NCBI GenBank assembly: GCA_009923445.1
Contig: RFTN01000004.1
Location: 2,438-66,437 of the forward strand
DNA length: 64,000 nt
Reading direction: 5' to 3'
From: a bacterium
GTDB lineage: Bacteria; Patescibacteriota; Saccharimonadia; Saccharimonadales; SZUA-47
How positions within the stretch are numbered: position 1 is the stretch's first letter; each line of letters starts with the position of its first letter. Below are positions 1 through 10,128 of the stretch, piece by piece. The notes beneath the pieces are model-generated. The model was not told where the DNA came from. It made no database searches and saw nothing but the letters and a program-made list of their open reading frames with translations. The translations under genes were made by a program, and so were the position numbers.

Positions 1-151
1 CCAAAGATTCCTGCAAAGTCTGATTTAGTCTTCGATATCGAACTCATTTCTGTTAATTAAATAAAAAAACACAACATGTAGTGTATTGAAATAAGCATAA
101 GCACTATATATACTGACTATACATTCAATAAAAAAGTAAAAGGACAGCACC

Positions 152-403
152 ATGGCATTTAAAAAAATCACCGTTTTTACTACTAATACATGTGCGTATT
201 GTGTCATGGTTAAACGCTATTTAGATAGTAAGGGTTTTAACTACGACGTCGTTAATCTAGACGAGCAACCAGAGCGTCAATCAGAAGTACTGGCAAAAAG
301 CGGTGCGCTAACGGTTCCCGTTACTATTGTCGAAAAAGATGATAGTACCGAAGATGTTGTTATAGGATATAACCTAAGCAGGCTAGCACCCTTGCTAGTT
401 TAG
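152..403 (+). CDS. glutaredoxin/NrdH-like small redox protein
   Basis: 83-aa ORF. It has a CxxC motif in 'ITVFTTNTCAYCVMVKRYL' and a downstream 'TVP' cis-Pro motif, typical of the Grx/NrdH fold. It sits directly upstream of trxB. Confidence 0.7.
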   Translation: MAFKKITVFTTNTCAYCVMVKRYLDSKGFNYDVVNLDEQPERQSEVLAKSGALTVPVTIVEKDDSTEDVVIGYNLSRLAPLLV

Positions 404-408
404 CCATA

Positions 409-1587
409 ATGAAAAAAGTTTTAGTATACGGGGCGCATTGGTGCGCAGAATGCGTGGCAGTTAAGTCGTGGTTAACGAAACATGATATTGCATTTGACTA
501 TCATGATGTTGATGTCGAGGGTCGCGACGGCATGCATCAATATGACAAAACAAACGAAACAATTCCACTGTTAGTAATAGATGATGAGGTTTTGATTAAT
601 CCATCTTACGATATACTAAGTTCAAGACTATTATCTAGTAAGGGGAAACAAGTGGAGAAGGATACAAAAATACACGATGTAGTTATGGTTGGTGCGGGCC
701 CGGCTGCACTAGCAGCAGCCGTATACACTGCGCGCGAGGATATACAGACAACTATTTTCGAAAAGGGCGTTATAGGTGGCCTTGCAGCTATTACCGACAA
801 GGTAGATAACTATCCCGGGTTCCAAGACGGTATTGAGGGCTTAAAATTAGCAGACAATTTACGTCTACAGGCAGAGCGTTTCGGGGCTGTAATTGAACTA
901 GGCGAGGTTAATGCGGTCAAAAAAGTTGGTGATGTTTTTAAGCTAGACACTACTAGTGGTGAAATGACAGCCAAAACCGTACTTGTAGCAACAGGAAGCG
1001 AATGGGTTAAACTTGGTATTCCTGGCGAAGTTGAATTTTATGGTCGTGGTGTTCATAACTGCGCAACTTGTGATGGGGCTTTTTACCGCGACAAGCGTTT
1101 GGTCGTGGTGGGGGGCGGTAACTCGGCAGCCCAAGAAGCTTTATTTTTAACTCGTTTTGCATCACACATAGATATATTGATAAGGGGCGAAGGTTGGAAG
1201 GCGAGTGATGTATTAGTACACGAAGTAGAGGCAAACAAAAAGTTGCATGTACATTTTAATACAACAACCCAAGAGATTGTTGGCGTAGACGGTAAGGTCA
1301 CAAAAGTTGTTGGTAAAAATACAAAAACTGGCAAACTGCACGATTTTGAAACCGACGGCGTATTTGTTTTTGTAGGCCTTAAGCCTGTTACTTACTTCTT
1401 AAAAAACACTGGTGTAGAATTTGACGATGGCGGTTTTATAAAAACAGATCTTAAACTGCAAACTAAAGTGCCGGGTTTGTTTGTGGCTGGTGACGTACGT
1501 AGTGGTGCAACAATGCAAATAGCTAGCGCAGTTGGCGAAGGTGCCACAGCAGCACTCAGTATTCGCGAATATATCGAGGCAAAATAG
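409..1587 (+). CDS. trxB: thioredoxin-disulfide reductase with N-terminal Grx-like domain
   Basis: The N-terminal ~75 aa carry a CAEC motif (Grx/Trx-like). The rest is a TrxB core: FAD motif 'VGAGPAALAAAVY', redox centre 'CATCDG', NADPH motif 'GGGNSAAQEA' and C-terminal 'GDV'. Confidence 0.85.
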   Translation: MKKVLVYGAHWCAECVAVKSWLTKHDIAFDYHDVDVEGRDGMHQYDKTNETIPLLVIDDEVLINPSYDILSSRLLSSKGKQVEKDTKIHDVVMVGAGPAALAAAVYTAREDIQTTIFEKGVIGGLAAITDKVDNYPGFQDGIEGLKLADNLRLQAERFGAVIELGEVNAVKKVGDVFKLDTTSGEMTAKTVLVATGSEWVKLGIPGEVEFYGRGVHNCATCDGAFYRDKRLVVVGGGNSAAQEALFLTRFASHIDILIRGEGWKASDVLVHEVEANKKLHVHFNTTTQEIVGVDGKVTKVVGKNTKTGKLHDFETDGVFVFVGLKPVTYFLKNTGVEFDDGGFIKTDLKLQTKVPGLFVAGDVRSGATMQIASAVGEGATAALSIREYIEAK

Positions 1588-1589
1588 AT

Positions 1590-1985
1590 TTAATTAAGGC
1601 TGCCAATCTTTAAGTTCGCAAGCTCCATATTAGCGCGACTATTGTGCTTTGGGTTGCTCGTAAATAGACTTGTGCCGTCTTTACCGCATGCTCGTGTGAT
1701 TTCAGCAACTCCACCCGGATGAATAGGTACATAACTAGTTATGTCGTACACAGAGCCGTTAATTATTGTCCAGCAATCAGTTTTATTGTTGTGAGTAGCT
1801 ACATCAGCCTTTGAGTATGTTGATTTTGGTGGTGTTGATTCTGTCGACGAACTGTTAGTGGGTGTGCTAGCTTGGTTGTTTGTGGTGATTTCTGTCGGTC
1901 CACTGGCGCTATTGTTCTTTAGAAAAAATAATCCCGCAACTATAACTACCGCTATTACAGTGATGATTGTTAAAATTTTCTTCAT
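1590..1985 (-). CDS. membrane-anchored cytochrome b5-like heme-binding domain protein
   Basis: It has an N-terminal TM helix, an S/T/P-rich linker, and then 'DCWTIINGSVYDITSYVPIHPGG', a cyt-b5-like HPGG motif. Confidence 0.65.
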   Translation of the reverse strand: MKKILTIITVIAVVIVAGLFFLKNNSASGPTEITTNNQASTPTNSSSTESTPPKSTYSKADVATHNNKTDCWTIINGSVYDITSYVPIHPGGVAEITRACGKDGTSLFTSNPKHNSRANMELANLKIGSLN

Positions 1986-1993
1986 ATTTATTC

Positions 1994-2701
1994 TTATATT
2001 TTGACATTAGTTTTACTATATATTCTCTTATCATCCTGAGAATAAACTGAGCGGTAAATATCTGGATAATTAGTACACAACATAATGTTTGGATAAAGTT
2101 TTTGGGCAAAACGCATCCATAGTTTGTGATTGATTGTATACACCATTATCTGTTTTTTATAAAATTTACACATCAGGTAAGGCAGTGGGCCAAGCCACCA
2201 TTTGTTTAAGCTTATACCGCTAAAACCCCTGTCTCTAGCAAGTTCTATAGCACGTATTGGCCCGGCTTGGTATTTTTGTGAAATTAGTGTTATTGAATCA
2301 GGAAATGCTTTTTTTAGTGCATCGAGGGACGACTCGTGTGGCGTAGTAAAGCCACTCCCCTTAGGTAGTGAATGAATCCGTAAGAATGTAATTAAATCGT
2401 AAACAGAATCCGCACATTTAATATCAAACATAAAAGGTACGCCCTGATCATCTTTGGTTAGTAACTCCTCTAGTGTGAGTAGGCTAGGAATTTCTTTTTT
2501 AAGTTGATCATACGTCTCGGGCCGATCATTTCCGTTATACGTCTGTTTTATATCGCCGTGGTACATAACAAACACACCATCAGACGTACGGTGTACGTCG
2601 ACTTCAATAAAGATGGGATTGTATTTTTTGGCTAAAGAAATAGCTTTCCAGCTATTTTCATGGGCTAATCCGGCCGCGCCTCTATGTGAAACGAGTGACA
2701 T
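1994..2701 (-). CDS. glycerophosphodiester phosphodiesterase family protein
   Basis: GDPD motifs are present: 'SHRGAAGLAHENS', 'EVDVHRTSDG' and 'FDIK'. Confidence 0.75.
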   Translation of the reverse strand: MSLVSHRGAAGLAHENSWKAISLAKKYNPIFIEVDVHRTSDGVFVMYHGDIKQTYNGNDRPETYDQLKKEIPSLLTLEELLTKDDQGVPFMFDIKCADSVYDLITFLRIHSLPKGSGFTTPHESSLDALKKAFPDSITLISQKYQAGPIRAIELARDRGFSGISLNKWWLGPLPYLMCKFYKKQIMVYTINHKLWMRFAQKLYPNIMLCTNYPDIYRSVYSQDDKRIYSKTNVKI

Positions 2702-2742
2702 ATTGCTATTATAGAGTAAGAAGAAATAAAAGGAGTACTTAA

Positions 2743-3264
2743 ATGGTAGATGTCAGCTACGGTAAAGATGCACCAGATACAATTAATGTGATTATTGAGA
2801 TTAGAAAAGGCGAGAAAAATAAGTACGAATTCGATAAAGAATCGGGTCGATTAGTACTCGATAGAGTAAATGGTACGCTACTTGGCTACCCGTCAGACTA
2901 TGGGTATGTACCTGACACGCTCTGTGAAGATGGCGACCCACTTGATGCGCTACTTATAATTGATGAGTCAGTTCCACACGGCGTTGTTGTGCCGAGTCGC
3001 CCAATTGGTGTTTTGTATTTTGAAGACGACGGCGAAATGGACGAAAAATTAATTGTTGTTCCTACAGATGATGTAAGTAAAGATCATATTAAAGATTTAG
3101 CTGACTTGGGTGATAACTTTAAAAAAGTTATCGAGCATTTTTATAGTCATTACAAAGATTGGAAGAAAAACTGGACTGGTGTAGATGGCAAATTACATGG
3201 CTGGGGCGATGCCGAGGCTGCAAAAGAAGTCATTAAAAAATCTATTAAAGACGCAGCAAAATAA
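2743..3264 (+). CDS. ppa: inorganic pyrophosphatase (family I)
   Basis: Motifs 'IEIRKGEKNKYEFD' and 'DGDPLDALL'; the 173-aa length is typical. Confidence 0.9.
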   Translation: MVDVSYGKDAPDTINVIIEIRKGEKNKYEFDKESGRLVLDRVNGTLLGYPSDYGYVPDTLCEDGDPLDALLIIDESVPHGVVVPSRPIGVLYFEDDGEMDEKLIVVPTDDVSKDHIKDLADLGDNFKKVIEHFYSHYKDWKKNWTGVDGKLHGWGDAEAAKEVIKKSIKDAAK

Positions 3265-3356
3265 AACCCTAGAAACGCTCAATAGGTTGCGTACACCACT
3301 GTATTTATGTATGCTTATGCTTAGATGTATATAAGTATAAAAAGTGGGAGTAGTTC

Positions 3357-4370
3357 ATGAAAACACGTGTAGCAATAAATGGCTTTGGGCGTATAGGTCG
3401 CATGGCATTCAGAATAATTTCTAGTCGTAGCGATCTTGAAGTAGTTGGCATTAATGACCTGACTGACACCAAAACGTTAGCGCATTTGCTAAAACATGAC
3501 ACTAACTACGGGTTGTTCAGTCACGAAGTTTCTAGTGATGAGACTTCTATAATTGTTGACGGCGTTCATGTACCTGTTAGTGCTGAAAAAGATCCAACTG
3601 CATTGCCATGGGCAAATCTACAGGTCGACGTTGTTATTGAATCTACAGGCCGATTTACTACGACCGAAACAGCAAGCGCACATTTGCAAGCAGGCGCTAA
3701 AAAAGTAGTGATTAGTGCTCCTGCCAAAGATGACGCAACTGCAACGCTAGTTATTGGCGCTAACGAAGACGAGCTAAAAAACGCTGGTGATGTTATAAGT
3801 AATGCAAGCTGTACTACAAACAGCATTGCTGCCGTCATGGATATTATGACTCGTGAATTTGGTATTGAAAAAGCCATGCTAACCACAGTACATAGCTATA
3901 CCGCAAGCCAAGACTTGCAAGACGGTCCAGGCAAAGATCTGCGCGAAGCTCGCGCCGCAGCCGAAAACCTCGTGCCGACTACGACGGGTGCTGCAAAAGC
4001 AGTGGCACTAGCCATTCCAGAGCTTAAGGGTAAGTTTGACGGCTTGAGTGTACGCGTACCAACAAGTGTTGTAAGTCTTAGTGATGTTACGATGCTATTA
4101 AAAAAGAACACTACCAAAGACGACATAAACGCAGTATTTAAAAAAGCAGCAAGCGAACCATATTACCAAGGAATATTGGCCGTATCAGATGAGCCGCTCG
4201 TGAGTCGTGACTATGTTGGCAATAGCTATTCGGGTACAGTTGATTTGCTTTTAACAAACGTAGTCGATGGAAACTTAGCAAAAGTTGTCGTTTGGTACGA
4301 TAACGAATGGGGCTATAGCAACAGATTAGTTGAAATGGTTGCAGACGTTGGTAAGATCATTCACGCGTAG
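3357..4370 (+). CDS. gap: glyceraldehyde-3-phosphate dehydrogenase
   Basis: Motifs 'INGFGRIGR', the active site 'SNASCTTN', and 'WYDNEWGYS'. Confidence 0.95.
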   Translation: MKTRVAINGFGRIGRMAFRIISSRSDLEVVGINDLTDTKTLAHLLKHDTNYGLFSHEVSSDETSIIVDGVHVPVSAEKDPTALPWANLQVDVVIESTGRFTTTETASAHLQAGAKKVVISAPAKDDATATLVIGANEDELKNAGDVISNASCTTNSIAAVMDIMTREFGIEKAMLTTVHSYTASQDLQDGPGKDLREARAAAENLVPTTTGAAKAVALAIPELKGKFDGLSVRVPTSVVSLSDVTMLLKKNTTKDDINAVFKKAASEPYYQGILAVSDEPLVSRDYVGNSYSGTVDLLLTNVVDGNLAKVVVWYDNEWGYSNRLVEMVADVGKIIHA

Positions 4371-4419
4371 AAAGATTTAAAATGAATCATTTTAAAAACG
4401 CATTAAAAGGAAGTATGTA

Positions 4420-4869
4420 GTGATAGTTTTTGTAGGGTCTGACCACAACGGCTTTGCTATGAAAAAGCAGGTTTTGGCGTACCTAAAAAAACGAAACATC
4501 GAAGCAGTTGATTGCGGAGATGAAGTACTAAATCCAGATGATGATTTTCCAATTTTTGCAGCTAAAGCGGTCGCCGCAATTAAGACTACTCACGATAAAG
4601 ACCCTAGAGCGTTATTGCTATGTGGGAGCGGTCAAGGTATGGTTATGGCCTCAAATAGGTTTAAGGGCATTAGAGCAGGTTTGGGCTGGAGTGTAGAGGC
4701 TGCCAAGGGTATTCGTAACGATGAAGACGCTAACATTATGGCTCTGCCGTCTGAAATGTTAAAAAACGACACAATCTTAGCTCACGCAATAATAGATGCA
4801 TTTATAAATACACCTTTTGCAGGTGCGAACCGTTACATAAGAAGAAACCGAGAACTTGATGAGTTATAA
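4420..4869 (+). CDS. rpiB: ribose-5-phosphate isomerase B
   Basis: RpiB/LacA family motifs 'VGSDHNG' and 'CGSGQGM'. GTG start. Confidence 0.85.
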   Translation: MIVFVGSDHNGFAMKKQVLAYLKKRNIEAVDCGDEVLNPDDDFPIFAAKAVAAIKTTHDKDPRALLLCGSGQGMVMASNRFKGIRAGLGWSVEAAKGIRNDEDANIMALPSEMLKNDTILAHAIIDAFINTPFAGANRYIRRNRELDEL

Positions 4870-5491
4870 TATTTGCCCTACGGTAACAGCTTATTCGCCC
4901 GAGGAATATAAACAGCAAATAGAGCTAGTTAGTTCGTTATCTAAAAGGATTCATATAGATTATATGGATGGTATGTTTGCGCCAACCGTTTCTCAAACCA
5001 TACACGAATCTTGGTGGCCCAAGCATGTTAAAGCAGACCTACACATTATGTATAAGTATCCGATGAAAGTTATCGACGATGTGCTTGACCATCATCCGCA
5101 TTTAGTAATAGTACACGCAGAGTCTGATCATGTAAGTAGTTTTGTGCACGATTTGCACGAACATCGAATAAAAGTAGGCATTGCTTTATTGCCCGATACG
5201 CCCGCCGAGGTTGCGCATCATTTCATAAAGGTTATTGACCATGTGCTCATATTTTCGGGAAACCTTGGTCATCATGGCGGTCACGCAGACTTAGCACTTT
5301 TAGAAAAAGTTGCATTGATAAAACAAATGAGACCAGATATAGAAATTGGCTGGGACGGCGGAATTGACGAGCAAAACATCATAGCCCTAAAAGAGGCAGG
5401 AGTGAGCGTGTTTAATGTGGGTAGCGCTATTCATAACGCAGATAACCCACATGACACTTATCAACGTATGCAAGAACTGATACAATCATAA
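4856..5491 (+). CDS. rpe: ribulose-phosphate 3-epimerase family protein
   Basis: Motifs 'IHIDYMDGMFAP', 'DLHIMY' and 'IVHAES' indicate an Rpe-like TIM barrel. It lies in a pentose-phosphate context. Confidence 0.7.
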   Translation: MMSYNICPTVTAYSPEEYKQQIELVSSLSKRIHIDYMDGMFAPTVSQTIHESWWPKHVKADLHIMYKYPMKVIDDVLDHHPHLVIVHAESDHVSSFVHDLHEHRIKVGIALLPDTPAEVAHHFIKVIDHVLIFSGNLGHHGGHADLALLEKVALIKQMRPDIEIGWDGGIDEQNIIALKEAGVSVFNVGSAIHNADNPHDTYQRMQELIQS

Positions 5492-5496
5492 GCAAT

Positions 5497-6399
5497 ATGG
5501 GTAAAAACGCTACAGCCAATAAACGACCTATTAAAGAGTTGGAACTTATTGCCACTAAAATACGTGAAGATATAATAATAAGTTTAGAAAAAGCCGGCTC
5601 GGGACACAGTGCTGGTCCGCTAGGTCTAGCAGATATATTTACAGCACTTTATTTTGATGTTATGAAGCATGACCCGTCAAAGCCCCTATGGGACGAACGA
5701 GATATATTGTTACTTAGCAATGGTCACTGCGCACCAGTACTCTACACAACACTCGCACATAGCGGCTATTTTGAAAAAGCCGAACTATCAACACTCCGAA
5801 AATTCGGAAGTCGTCTGCAGGGACATCCCGAACGAGAAAGGTTGCCGGGTATTGAAACTACGAGCGGACCCTTGGGCTGCGGATTGTCGCAAGCAGCTGG
5901 TATGGCTTTGGCGATGAAGATAAATAAAAATCACCACCGATGGATCTATTGTATTTTGGGCGATGGCGAACAAAACGAAGGTAATATTTGGGAAGCTGCA
6001 ATGCTCATTAACAAGTATAATTTGCATAATATTATTGCTATCACCGACCGTAACAATATTCAAATCGATGGTACAACAGAATATGTCATGCCACTTGAGG
6101 ACTTAGGGGCTAAATGGGAAGCATTCGGTTGGCACGTTATAGACATTGATGGAAACAACATAGATGCAATTATTGATGCTTGTGCAATGGCGCGCAGTAT
6201 TGTCGAAAAACCGGTCATGATTCTTGCCCATACTATTCCTGGTAAGGGAGTTGATTTTATGGAAGGTGACTATCATTGGCATGGCATGCCTGTCGGTATT
6301 GCAGATATCGCTGGCGCGCCACCTAAAAACGAGCAAGCAAAAGTAGCCCTACACGAACTCCGTACGCTCGAGGGTAAGATTCGGAGCGAGCATCAATGA
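5497..6399 (+). CDS. tkt: transketolase, N-terminal (TPP-binding) subunit
   Basis: Motifs 'GSGHSAGPLG' and 'GDGEQNEGNIWEA'. Split-gene architecture; its stop overlaps the next start. Confidence 0.9.
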   Translation: MGKNATANKRPIKELELIATKIREDIIISLEKAGSGHSAGPLGLADIFTALYFDVMKHDPSKPLWDERDILLLSNGHCAPVLYTTLAHSGYFEKAELSTLRKFGSRLQGHPERERLPGIETTSGPLGCGLSQAAGMALAMKINKNHHRWIYCILGDGEQNEGNIWEAAMLINKYNLHNIIAITDRNNIQIDGTTEYVMPLEDLGAKWEAFGWHVIDIDGNNIDAIIDACAMARSIVEKPVMILAHTIPGKGVDFMEGDYHWHGMPVGIADIAGAPPKNEQAKVALHELRTLEGKIRSEHQ

Positions 6400-7379
6400 G
6401 AGATTTACATATAGTCGATATAAGTTCAAACGATATTGTGTACGAACCAATACGTAAGGGATTCGGAAGGGGTCTAGTAGAAGCGGGAAGGCAAAACGAT
6501 CAAGTTGTTGCCCTTTGTGCGGACCTTACTGAATCTACTCAGATACATTTGTTCGCAAAAGAATTTCCTGAGCGATATATCGAAGTGGGTATAGCAGAGC
6601 AAAATCTTGTTACTGTAGCAGCTGGTCTTGCTGCAATGGGCAAGATTCCTTTTACGAGTAGTTATGCAGCTTTTAGCCCTGGCCGAAACTGGGAACAATA
6701 TAAGACGACTGCTTGTATAAATAATCAACCAGTTAAAATAGTTGGGTCTCACGCAGGCTTATATACGGGTCCGGACGGTGCCACACACCAAATGCTTGAA
6801 GATATTGCCCTTATGCGTGTCTTACCTAATAACGTTGTAATTGTGCCCTGTGACAGTATTGAGGCCTACAAAGCAACGCTTGCGCTATCCCAGGATAAGC
6901 GACCGGGCTATATAAGACTCGCACGAGATAATTCAGCTGTTATGACGACAGATGATACGCCGTTTCAAATAGGTAAGGCGCAAGTGTTTAGCCCCGGACA
7001 AGATGTCACGATTATTGCTTGTGGCACCATGGTTTATCAGGCATTACTCGCAGCCGAAATGCTTTATCACGACGGCATTGATGCTGAAGTTATTAACGTA
7101 GCCACAATAAAACCACTCGATACAGACACCATTCTTGCAAGTGCAAAAAAAACCGGCTGTGTTATAACGGTCGAAGAGGCACAAATTAATGGCGGTCTTG
7201 GTAGTGCTGTAGCAGAAGTCCTGAGTGAAAACTATCCGCTTCCTCTTGTGCGTATGGGGGTCAGGGACCGCTTTGGTGAGTCTGGTACACCCGCAGAACT
7301 GCTCGAACATTTTGGGTTAACTGCAAAGCATATAGCCCTTCAGGCACACAGTATTGTAAAGAAAAGTGTTGATAGCTAA
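6396..7379 (+). CDS. tkt: transketolase, C-terminal (pyrimidine-binding) subunit
   Basis: Motifs 'GIAEQNLV' and 'GPDGATHQMLEDIA'. ATGA overlap with the N-terminal subunit gene. Confidence 0.9.
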   Translation: MRDLHIVDISSNDIVYEPIRKGFGRGLVEAGRQNDQVVALCADLTESTQIHLFAKEFPERYIEVGIAEQNLVTVAAGLAAMGKIPFTSSYAAFSPGRNWEQYKTTACINNQPVKIVGSHAGLYTGPDGATHQMLEDIALMRVLPNNVVIVPCDSIEAYKATLALSQDKRPGYIRLARDNSAVMTTDDTPFQIGKAQVFSPGQDVTIIACGTMVYQALLAAEMLYHDGIDAEVINVATIKPLDTDTILASAKKTGCVITVEEAQINGGLGSAVAEVLSENYPLPLVRMGVRDRFGESGTPAELLEHFGLTAKHIALQAHSIVKKSVDS

Positions 7380-7423
7380 TACATAAGCGGGTACACTAGA
7401 GTTTATAAGGGTGGTATTAAATT

Positions 7424-8335
7424 TTGAGTATATCGTTACGACAAATAAGAGAAAATTGTTACAAAGCGCGAGAACTTATGGCTCGTGCAAGAACTGAAAA
7501 GTTTGCGGTTGGAGCATTCAATTTAGACAACCAAGAAACTTTAATAGCAGTTGTACGAGCCGCTAAAGCCAAACAGGCGCCCGTAATGGTCGAAGTTTCT
7601 AAAGGCGAAGTAGACGCCCTTGGTCTAGATAATGTGCGTGACATGGTCGATAATTATAAAGAGCAATTTGGCGTAGAGATATACATTAACCTCGATCATA
7701 GCCCTACGGTTGCAGATGCAATTGCGGGCATAGAGGCTGGATTTGAGTTCATACATATAGACGTCAGTCAGGCTAATCATGATGCAACCGAGCAAGATAT
7801 AATTGATGCTACAAAGCAAGTTGTTGAATGGGCAAAACTAACGGGAGCGTTGGTCGAAAGTGAGCCGCATTATTTTGGTGGTAGTAGCAATGTGCACACT
7901 GAAGCATTTGACTTTAATGAAATTAAAAAGACGTTTTCAACACCCGAGGGCAGTAAATCTTTTGTAGAAGCAACCGGTATCGATACGTACGCTGCCGCAA
8001 TTGGTAACTTGCATGGTACGTACCCAGTACCTAAAACCTTAGATATTGAACTGTTGGCACAAATTCGTGAAGCAATAGATTGTAATATAAGTCTCCACGG
8101 AGGTAGCGGCACCCCAGGCCACTATTTTGTAGAAGCTATAAAAGTTGGCGTACAAAAAATTAACATTAATAGTGATATGCGCCGTGCGTATCGAGACACA
8201 CTAGAAAAAGTCCTTGCCGAAAATAAATCAGAATACGCGGTGGTTAAGTTAATGGGTGCGGTCGAAGACGCAGTTCAAGAAGTAGTCGAAAGTAAAATAG
8301 ATCTATTCAATAGTTCAGGAAAGGCAAAAATATGA
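7424..8335 (+). CDS. fba: class II fructose-bisphosphate aldolase
   Basis: Motifs 'FAVGAFN', 'NLDHS', 'LHGGSG' and 'KININSD'. TTG start. Confidence 0.85.
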   Translation: MSISLRQIRENCYKARELMARARTEKFAVGAFNLDNQETLIAVVRAAKAKQAPVMVEVSKGEVDALGLDNVRDMVDNYKEQFGVEIYINLDHSPTVADAIAGIEAGFEFIHIDVSQANHDATEQDIIDATKQVVEWAKLTGALVESEPHYFGGSSNVHTEAFDFNEIKKTFSTPEGSKSFVEATGIDTYAAAIGNLHGTYPVPKTLDIELLAQIREAIDCNISLHGGSGTPGHYFVEAIKVGVQKININSDMRRAYRDTLEKVLAENKSEYAVVKLMGAVEDAVQEVVESKIDLFNSSGKAKI

Positions 8336-9339
8336 CAGACAATCGCCCCGATGTGCTAGCTATTGGTGATGTCGTCACCGATGCGTTCATTAAGTTATTA
8401 GACGACCAAGCGACCACATATGCAGATGAGAATGGAAACAAAATACTTGCTATGCCATATGGTATGAAAATACCCTTTCACCACGCTGAGGTGATTGAAG
8501 CTGTTGGTAACGCGGCTAATGCAGCTGTAAGTTTCGCCAAACTCGGGTTACACGCCGGTCTTGTGTCTAACGTAGGCTCTGACGCATGGGGACGCGATAT
8601 TATACATGCACTTCAAGAGCGCAAAGTTGATACTCGTTTTGTACATATCAACCAGCATAAAGTGAGTAATTATCATTATATATTGTGGTACAAAGACGAA
8701 CGCACTATTTTAATTAAACATGAAGAATATGACTATAACTGGCCTCGATTCAGAAAAAGTGACATACCGAAGTGGGTGTATTTTAGTAGTATAAGTAAAA
8801 ACGCATTAGATTATCACGACGAGGTAGTAGAGTGGCTAAACGATAATCCAGATGTAAAGCTCGCATTCCAACCGGGCACTTTCCAGATTGAGGCTGGCAC
8901 AGAACGTCTTAAAGAGCTGTATCAACGAACAGAAGTAGTGGTGCTAAACCGTGAAGAGGCAGTTATTGTAACAGGTGGCAACTATGACGACTTGCATGAT
9001 TTAATGAACCGCATGCATAGCTACGGTCCAAAAATAGTTGTTATAACCGATGGTCCAGATGGTGCATATGCGAGCGATGGAGAGAATAGGTTTAAAATGC
9101 CTAATTATCCAGATCCTGCTCCTCCTGTTGAACGTACGGGAGCAGGTGATAGCTTTGCGAGCGCGCTTGTGGCGGCGTTAGCTAAAGGCGCTACACTAGA
9201 AGCAGCACTGCTATGGGCACCAATAAATTCTATGAATGTAGTGCAGCACGTTGGTGCTCAAGAAGGACTACTTACTGTAGACGAAATTGAATATTATATG
9301 CGTAACGCTCCAGAGTGGTATCACCCAGAGCGTTTTTAG
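8332..9339 (+). CDS. PfkB-family carbohydrate kinase
   Basis: Contains 'GNAANAAV' and the PfkB signature 'TGAGDSFASALVAAL'. ATGA overlap with fba. Substrate unknown. Confidence 0.75.
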   Translation: MTDNRPDVLAIGDVVTDAFIKLLDDQATTYADENGNKILAMPYGMKIPFHHAEVIEAVGNAANAAVSFAKLGLHAGLVSNVGSDAWGRDIIHALQERKVDTRFVHINQHKVSNYHYILWYKDERTILIKHEEYDYNWPRFRKSDIPKWVYFSSISKNALDYHDEVVEWLNDNPDVKLAFQPGTFQIEAGTERLKELYQRTEVVVLNREEAVIVTGGNYDDLHDLMNRMHSYGPKIVVITDGPDGAYASDGENRFKMPNYPDPAPPVERTGAGDSFASALVAALAKGATLEAALLWAPINSMNVVQHVGAQEGLLTVDEIEYYMRNAPEWYHPERF

Positions 9340-9341
9340 AC

Positions 9342-10052
9342 TTACAGTTTCTGCTCTTGTTTGTGTATATACGACCTATATTTTTGTAGATCAAGCAAGC
9401 CTACTACAGTACCTGTACTTATTAAATTAGTGCCTATCATATGACCTGCTTTATTATCTAGAGTTGGAGTTAATAACGCAGCAATACCAAGTCCGTGTAA
9501 AAATGTCTTCAATTTACCTAATGCTTTTGCATTCGTAGACCAGCCGTGTTGTTCTGCGTAATCTCTAAGCTCAGACTTAGTATCATCGCGAATTTTAGAT
9601 ACTGCTATATTTGTAGCAATTTGCTCGGCTGATCTAGCATCATGATTACGTGCCATACGAACAACAAGTGCACCAGTGAGCGAATAATAATAGCGTTTAT
9701 CGGTTTGCTCATCGCCCCTAGGATTATCATAAATACCATAATGATGTAATATAGCCCACTGCTCAGAATTGGGTTTAGTATCTCTGTTATTTAATTTGAC
9801 TCCCTTAAAAAGTGCCTTTGATGCAGAACGAACGGCAAGATCTTTTGCAAATCCATCTACCCAGTCAAGCGCAGAAGCTACGGCGTGGGTACCAAGTTCG
9901 GTCCATTTTGCATTTTTAGTTAGTGCTACTTCTGTTGCGAGTGCGTAACCAAGACCTTCGTGTACGTTAGTAGCAAGCTCAGAAATTCTCGAAAAAAAAT
10001 CAGCATCATCTAACTGTCGTCTTTGGGTAATCGTAGGGGTATCTGACCTCAT
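9342..10052 (-). CDS. hypothetical protein
   Basis: I start it at internal Met146 of the 381-aa track ORF ('MRSDTPT...'), because the upstream extension overlaps the divergent gene at 10129. No family recognised. Confidence 0.4.
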   Translation of the reverse strand: MRSDTPTITQRRQLDDADFFSRISELATNVHEGLGYALATEVALTKNAKWTELGTHAVASALDWVDGFAKDLAVRSASKALFKGVKLNNRDTKPNSEQWAILHHYGIYDNPRGDEQTDKRYYYSLTGALVVRMARNHDARSAEQIATNIAVSKIRDDTKSELRDYAEQHGWSTNAKALGKLKTFLHGLGIAALLTPTLDNKAGHMIGTNLISTGTVVGLLDLQKYRSYIHKQEQKL

Positions 10053-10128
10053 ATATATAAGCAGCTTAACAGTGCTTGAGTTACCTGTGCAAGCATAAGC
10101 TTTACAGAGGAGGTAATTATAGGCTACT

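Noticed and set aside
2743-9339. The contiguous ppa-gap-rpiB-rpe-tktN-tktC-fba-PfkB kinase block as a novel pathway island.
   Set aside because: All members are standard glycolysis and non-oxidative pentose-phosphate enzymes. The clustering is tidy but functionally ordinary, and there are no mobility signatures.
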